Origin: a virus
Lineage: Duplodnaviria > Caudoviricetes
IMG/VR virus record: IMGVR_UViG_3300011267_000017
Location: 1 to 53,137 of that record
Direction: 5' to 3' (one strand)
DNA: 53,137 nucleotides
Below, in pieces: positions 48,649-53,137 of the stretch. Made by a program: the position numbers and the translations under genes. The notes under the pieces were generated by a model. The model worked only from the letters and a program-made list of their open reading frames with translations. It was not told the DNA's origin and did not search any database. Every line of letters begins with the position of its first letter. Within the stretch, counting starts at the first letter, position 1.

Positions 48649-48818
48649 CAATAGATAAATATCTACAAATATTTGATTTTTCGTTTTTTTGGACATACTT
48701 ATTATACAGAATGCCGCATCTCTATATGCTGCCCGCCGATCCTCCATTGGATCACTTGTTGAATAACCTTCATTGAAGTTTGAATAACTTCAGAAAAACC
48801 TAATAAGGAAATTAATTT

Positions 48819-50177
48819 ATGGATAGCAATTTGTTAAAAGAAGCTATCGCAGATGCTAAGGCAGTTCGTCAAACCGCGCTTGCCAATGCAAAAGTTGCGT
48901 TGGAAGAAGCATTTTCCGAACGTTATCATGCGATGTTTGCAGAAAAATTAAAAGAAGAAGCTACTATGGAAGAAGCTCCAAAAGCTGAAGCTGAAAGTGT
49001 TAAGCCAACAGAAGAACCTGTTAGCACTCAAGAAATAGATGAGCTGATTAAAGAATTAGAAGCTGAAGTTGGTGGTGAACAACCACTTGCTGAACCAGAT
49101 GCTGACGACATTGGAGCTGTTCCTCCTGTCGCACCAGTTGCTGGAGCAGTAACAACTCCCGGTGCTCCTGTTCCTCCAGTTGCAACAGTTGCTCCCGGAG
49201 CTGAAGTTCCAATTGCTCCCGGAGCTGAAGTTCCTCTTGCTCCTGCGCCAACAGCGGGTGCAGGCGTACCTCCCGCACCAGTTGCTCCTACCGCACCAGA
49301 AGCACCAGTTAAAGGCGGTCCTTCAACCCCTCCATCTGACGTTCCTCCAGCTCCTGAAGAAACCGATGAAGACGTTGATTTGGATGCACTTTTGGAAAGC
49401 TTGAAAGAAGAAATTGGTGAAGAAAAAGAAGAAAAGGAAGAAGAGAAGAAACTTGATGAAGATAAGAAACTTAGTTCTTCCGGTATTGGTGGGAATAAAG
49501 CAGGTGGTTCTGATAATAAGAAACCATCTACATCTGCATCTGCAAGCTCTCATGTAGAGTCTGGTGGTTGTAAAGATCACGGAGTTCCAGAAGGAAAAAG
49601 TGTAACTAAAGATGCTACAGAAGCTTCTCGTCCAAACGAAGGCTCCAATGCTACTTCTACTAATCAATCCACTCCATCTATGGGTGGTCAATCGGGTCCA
49701 GCTCTTAAAGCTTCTCGTCCAAATTCCAAAGGTGACTTTGAGAATACGACTAAGATAAATGAAGAGAATGAAACCCTTAAGAAACAACTTAATGAAGCTG
49801 AAGAAGTCATTAAGTATGTTAAAACACAGCTTAATGAGGTCAACCTGTTGAATGCTAAACTGCTTTACACGAACAAGCTGTTTAAGGAATACAACATGAA
49901 TAATGAGCAGAAGATGCGCGTTGTTGAAATGTTTGATCTCGCAAAGAACGTTCGTGAAGTGAAACTGACTTACGCTAACATTGCAGAGTCGTTGAATTTC
50001 AGTGGAACTGAAAAGAAGAAAACTGCTCCAGCAGCTTCTTCGGTTCAATCTATCACTGAAGGTCTCGCATCCAAGCCAGTCGGAGGAACGAAGCCATCTA
50101 CTCAGATAATTTCTGAAAGTAAGGCTTCGGGCATGGTCTCTAAATTCCAAAAACTCGCAGGAATTAAGAGAGTCTAA
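48819..50177 (+). CDS. Prohead core scaffolding protein (gp22-like)
   Basis: Immediately precedes the MCP; coiled-coil ends, many (L/I)xE sites, Pro/Ala-rich middle; TACTTATT at 48696-48703. Confidence 0.8.
   Translation: MDSNLLKEAIADAKAVRQTALANAKVALEEAFSERYHAMFAEKLKEEATMEEAPKAEAESVKPTEEPVSTQEIDELIKELEAEVGGEQPLAEPDADDIGAVPPVAPVAGAVTTPGAPVPPVATVAPGAEVPIAPGAEVPLAPAPTAGAGVPPAPVAPTAPEAPVKGGPSTPPSDVPPAPEETDEDVDLDALLESLKEEIGEEKEEKEEEKKLDEDKKLSSSGIGGNKAGGSDNKKPSTSASASSHVESGGCKDHGVPEGKSVTKDATEASRPNEGSNATSTNQSTPSMGGQSGPALKASRPNSKGDFENTTKINEENETLKKQLNEAEEVIKYVKTQLNEVNLLNAKLLYTNKLFKEYNMNNEQKMRVVEMFDLAKNVREVKLTYANIAESLNFSGTEKKKTAPAASSVQSITEGLASKPVGGTKPSTQIISESKASGMVSKFQKLAGIKRV
49189..49234 (+). repeat. 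22-nt direct repeat, period 24 (APGAEVP x2)
   Basis: TTGCTCCCGGAGCTGAAGTTCC at 49189 and 49213. Confidence 0.85.
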
Positions 50178-50231
50178 GACAACAGCGAGTAAAATTAAAC
50201 CCTCTGTAAATAAGAGAAAAACAAGAAAATT

Positions 50232-51962
50232 ATGGAAAACGTAAAAGAATTGTTGACCAATGCTCTTAACCCACAAGCACGCCTTATGGCAGAAACTCGT
50301 GGTCTTGTCTCTAAATGGGAAAAGACTGGATTGCTTGAAGGACTTAAGAATGACATTGAGAAATCAAATATGTCTGTTTTGCTTGAAAACCAAGCAAAGC
50401 AACTGATTGAAGAGTCCTCCGTGACCGGAACTCAGGGAAATTCTGAGCAATGGGCAGGTGTCGCACTTCCTCTCGTTCGTCGTGTATTCGCCGAAATCGC
50501 AGCTAAGGAATTCGTCTCTGTTCAGCCTATGAACCTTCCTTCGGGTCTCGTGTTCTACTTGGACTTTAAGTATGGCACTAATCAAGGAGCATTCTCCGCA
50601 GATAGCGTATCGAACTACTCTTCGTTGTTCGGTGGAACTGGTGTAAAATCTGGTTCAACTGATCAACCAACTGGTGGTCTTTATGGTCCCGGTCGCTTTG
50701 GATATTCTGTTAATGACACGACTCTTCGTGCTGTTACAGTATCCGTTGGCACTGCATCTTTGGCAGACATCAACTTTGACACTGGTAATTCCAATGATCC
50801 AGTTAATCAAACGATCTCTTCCTCCTATGCTGGTGGAACTCTGTACACCTTGACTACTAACGGATTGACCGCAGCAGCAATTGCTGCTTCTGGTTCTTAT
50901 CCTGACCTTAACGGTGTTCGTTCGTTTGTTCTGCAAAATAGTGCAGGAACTAATGCACAATTCGTCACCTACTTCCCCGGGTTCACTCGTATCAATGGTA
51001 CGGATGTAACCTTCGTCGTAAGTGCATCGAATGCTAACATGGCTGTATTGACTGGTTCTGGTGCTAACCTTAGCACTGCATCCGTTATTATCAGCTTACA
51101 ACCAAAAGATACCTCTCGTGGTGACTTTGAAGATCGTTTGGGTGCATCTACAACTGCAACCGATACTGGTCTTAACAAAGACATTGGTATCCCTGAAGTT
51201 AACCTTGAATTGCGCTCTGAGCCTATCGTGGCTAAGACTCGTAAGCTGAAGGCTGTTTGGACTCCAGAACTTGCTCAAGACTTGAACGCCTATCACAGTG
51301 TAGACGCTGAAGCTGAGTTGACTGCTCTGTTGTCTGAGTATGTTTCTATGGAAATCGACCTCGAAATCCTTGACATGCTGATTAACAACGCTCCAGCAAT
51401 TAACAAGGAACGTTGGAGTGCTCGTCTGAACCGTGAAATCATTAAGACCGGTGTTAACACTTACCAAGTGGTTGATCAAACAACCGCAGGTGCTGGTGGT
51501 TATTACACCAAGGCAACTTGGTACCAAACCCTTGGTAACAAGATCCAAAAGGTCTCTAATAAGATCCATCAGTTGACCCTCCGTGGTGGTGCTAACTTCA
51601 TGGTCGTTGGACCAGATGTTGCAACTATCCTTGAGTCCATTCCGGGCTTTGTCGTGAACACCGATGGTGACTCTGCTAAGTTCGCAATGGGCGTCAGCCG
51701 TGTTGGAAGCTTCGCAAGCCGCTTCCAAGTCTATAAGAACCCATACATGCAGGAAAACCTGATTTTGTTGGGCTTCCGTGGAAATAACTTCCTCGAAACT
51801 GGCGCAGTGTATTCTCCATACATTCCGCTCATCCAGACTCCTCTGGTTTACGATCCAGTCAACTTCACTCCAAGACGTGGTGTCATGACCCGTTATGCGA
51901 AGAAGATTGTTCGCCCAGAGTTCTACGGTTTAATCTACGTGGCAGACACGAACCAAGTCTAA
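50232..51962 (+). CDS. gp23: Major capsid protein (T4 gp23-like)
   Basis: LLENQ, LPLVRR, VQPMNLPSGLVFYL, AKTRKLKAVWTPELAQDL, YSPYIPL, FTPRRGVMTRY. Confidence 0.97.
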   Translation: MENVKELLTNALNPQARLMAETRGLVSKWEKTGLLEGLKNDIEKSNMSVLLENQAKQLIEESSVTGTQGNSEQWAGVALPLVRRVFAEIAAKEFVSVQPMNLPSGLVFYLDFKYGTNQGAFSADSVSNYSSLFGGTGVKSGSTDQPTGGLYGPGRFGYSVNDTTLRAVTVSVGTASLADINFDTGNSNDPVNQTISSSYAGGTLYTLTTNGLTAAAIAASGSYPDLNGVRSFVLQNSAGTNAQFVTYFPGFTRINGTDVTFVVSASNANMAVLTGSGANLSTASVIISLQPKDTSRGDFEDRLGASTTATDTGLNKDIGIPEVNLELRSEPIVAKTRKLKAVWTPELAQDLNAYHSVDAEAELTALLSEYVSMEIDLEILDMLINNAPAINKERWSARLNREIIKTGVNTYQVVDQTTAGAGGYYTKATWYQTLGNKIQKVSNKIHQLTLRGGANFMVVGPDVATILESIPGFVVNTDGDSAKFAMGVSRVGSFASRFQVYKNPYMQENLILLGFRGNNFLETGAVYSPYIPLIQTPLVYDPVNFTPRRGVMTRYAKKIVRPEFYGLIYVADTNQV

Positions 51963-51984
51963 TCTTAGATTTGGAAATAATCAC

Positions 51985-52011
51985 AGAGCCGCCTTCGGGC
52001 GGCTCTTTTTT
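51985..52011 (+). terminator. Rho-independent terminator with cUUCGg tetraloop
   Basis: AGAGCCGCC-TTCG-GGCGGCTCT-TTTTT after the MCP stop. Confidence 0.92.
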
Positions 52012-52025
52012 GTACAAATTTATTC

Positions 52026-52054
52026 TTGCTTTACAAGTCATAACTTGTTATGGT
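52026..52054 (+). promoter_or_regulatory. Sigma70-type promoter TTGCTT-17-(TG)TATGGT
   Basis: Extended -10, 8 nt before ATG 52063, inside an 8-bp hairpin. Confidence 0.55.
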
Positions 52055-52062
52055 AGTCAGTT

Positions 52063-52926
52063 ATGAAACCATATTGGATAATTGAAAATTTTGTTAAAGA
52101 ACCTTCATTTAAAGAACTTTCTGCCGCAGCAAAGGAATTAAATTATCCTTTCCTAGAAATTAACGGAGATTATTCTCCAACTTTACTACGAGAAACTTTA
52201 AAATTTCTGTATTTGTCAGAGGCTAAAGTTCCTGTATACGATAATCAATGTGTTATTGTTAATGGGTCCATTAAAATGTGTAAATTAATAGCAGAAGAAT
52301 TACAAATCGGATGCTATCCCATTGTATTCTCTACATTTAACAACTACAAATGTTCTGCGTATTATTCTCATTTTGGTGAATACTTGTTTAATGACAAATA
52401 TTGTTTAATGTCATTGAAAGAAATAGCTCGTCAAAAATATGATGTGTGGGGTCATTATGGTAAAGATGGTTTAATATTTATTCGTCCAGACTCAGGTGAA
52501 AAAACTTTTCAAGCAGGATTACTTGATATAATTGATTTAGCAACATTATGGGACTCCAATAAAGATGTCGAACATGAACTCATGTTGGTATCAACTCCAA
52601 AAAACATTTTATGGGAAGGCCGATTTATAGTGTCTCGAAGTAAAGGAATAATCGCATATTCCACATATCGTTTTCAAGGAAAGGTAACAATTATTCCAAG
52701 TGTTCCTGTTGAAACTGTTAAGTTTTGTGAAGAACTTTTAGAAAAAACTACATATACTCCAGATCCTGTGTTTTGTTTCGATATTTGTCAAGATAATGAT
52801 AAAAATTGTTGGCTTATGGAACTAACAAGTTTTTCAAGTGCAGGATTATATGCTACTAATAAAAAGAATATCATACAATCTGTATCTGAAATAGCCATTA
52901 ACGAGTGGAAGAAACAAGGCAGATAA
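52063..52926 (+). CDS. ATP-grasp protein (R2K/DUF4343-like)
   Basis: FIRPDSGEKTF, EGRFIV, FCFDI...LMELTSFSSAGLY. Confidence 0.75.
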   Translation: MKPYWIIENFVKEPSFKELSAAAKELNYPFLEINGDYSPTLLRETLKFLYLSEAKVPVYDNQCVIVNGSIKMCKLIAEELQIGCYPIVFSTFNNYKCSAYYSHFGEYLFNDKYCLMSLKEIARQKYDVWGHYGKDGLIFIRPDSGEKTFQAGLLDIIDLATLWDSNKDVEHELMLVSTPKNILWEGRFIVSRSKGIIAYSTYRFQGKVTIIPSVPVETVKFCEELLEKTTYTPDPVFCFDICQDNDKNCWLMELTSFSSAGLYATNKKNIIQSVSEIAINEWKKQGR

Positions 52927-53022
52927 TTATAAAATCATATATCTACAATAGATAAATAGTAATTGCCGAAGTTTAAGCTTCATACGTTCATATTTATATG
53001 TGACGTATGATCAAGTAAACAT

Positions 53023-53137
53023 ATGAGAGGAAAACAAATAGATTTGAGTGGAAAGAAATATGGGTCTTTAACTGTGCAATCTATAGCCGACAAATCATTC
53101 TGGAAAACACCCAGTAGTCACTGGATTTGTAAATGTG
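53023..53137 (+). CDS. N-terminus of a probable HNH/AP2-type homing endonuclease (3' partial)
   Basis: MRGKQIDLSGKKYGSLTV...HWICKC matches the DL.G.(R/K)(F/Y)G.LTV...W.C.CDCG module. Confidence 0.6.
   Translation, partial: MRGKQIDLSGKKYGSLTVQSIADKSFWKTPSSHWICKC

Noticed and set aside
48649-48747. N-terminal extension of the 48031 ORF given in the ORF track
   Set aside because: It overlaps the divergent promoters and the scaffold leader; the late motif points to ATG 48648 instead.
49323-51728. Long antisense ORFs (317 aa at 49323-50276, 210 aa at 51096-51728)
   Set aside because: They are shadows of the strongly codon-biased scaffold and capsid genes, with no promoter, start context or recognisable motifs.
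1-53137. Stop-codon reassignment, as in some large phages
   Set aside because: Core genes are intact and densely packed under the standard code, and both TAA and TGA terminate coupled genes. No genes appear fragmented by in-frame TAG.
1-53137. tRNA genes, CRISPR array, introns or inteins
   Set aside because: No cloverleaf or repeat-spacer pattern was seen in the short intergenic gaps. Terminase, primase, portal and capsid genes are uninterrupted and show no intein motifs.

Overview
A 53 kb, AT-rich segment of a large T4-related (myovirus-type) bacteriophage genome using the standard code, with almost all genes on the + strand. It holds the end of a tail-collar fibre gene, a gp55-like late sigma factor and a baseplate/receptor-binding cluster (spike, gp25, gp6, large wedge, beta-propeller and FG-GAP proteins). 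These are followed by a RuvC-like resolvase, primase, a fused SbcD-SbcC (gp47-gp46) nuclease, large terminase, portal, prohead protease, scaffold and major capsid protein. An accessory island with host-sigma70-type promoters (IMPDH/GMP reductase family, HD-like, Pol-beta nucleotidyltransferase, NADAR, pyrimidine-dimer glycosylase-like, N4-C methyltransferase) sits between the protease and scaffold genes. No tRNA, rRNA or CRISPR array was seen. The most interesting unannotated signals are: (1) a recurrent architecture in which a gene's own promoter lies in the 5' arm or loop of a hairpin whose 3' arm buries the start codon, so read-through mRNA would be translationally silenced; (2) a candidate late promoter TATTTATA, the reverse complement of the T4 late box; (3) dense (S/T)-(G/A/S)-S tripeptides concentrated in outer virion proteins, suggesting a modification sequon; (4) apparent purging of GAWTC and CCWGG sites; (5) a candidate -1 frameshift joining two head-cluster ORFs. 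All family assignments come from motif recognition by eye, not database searches.
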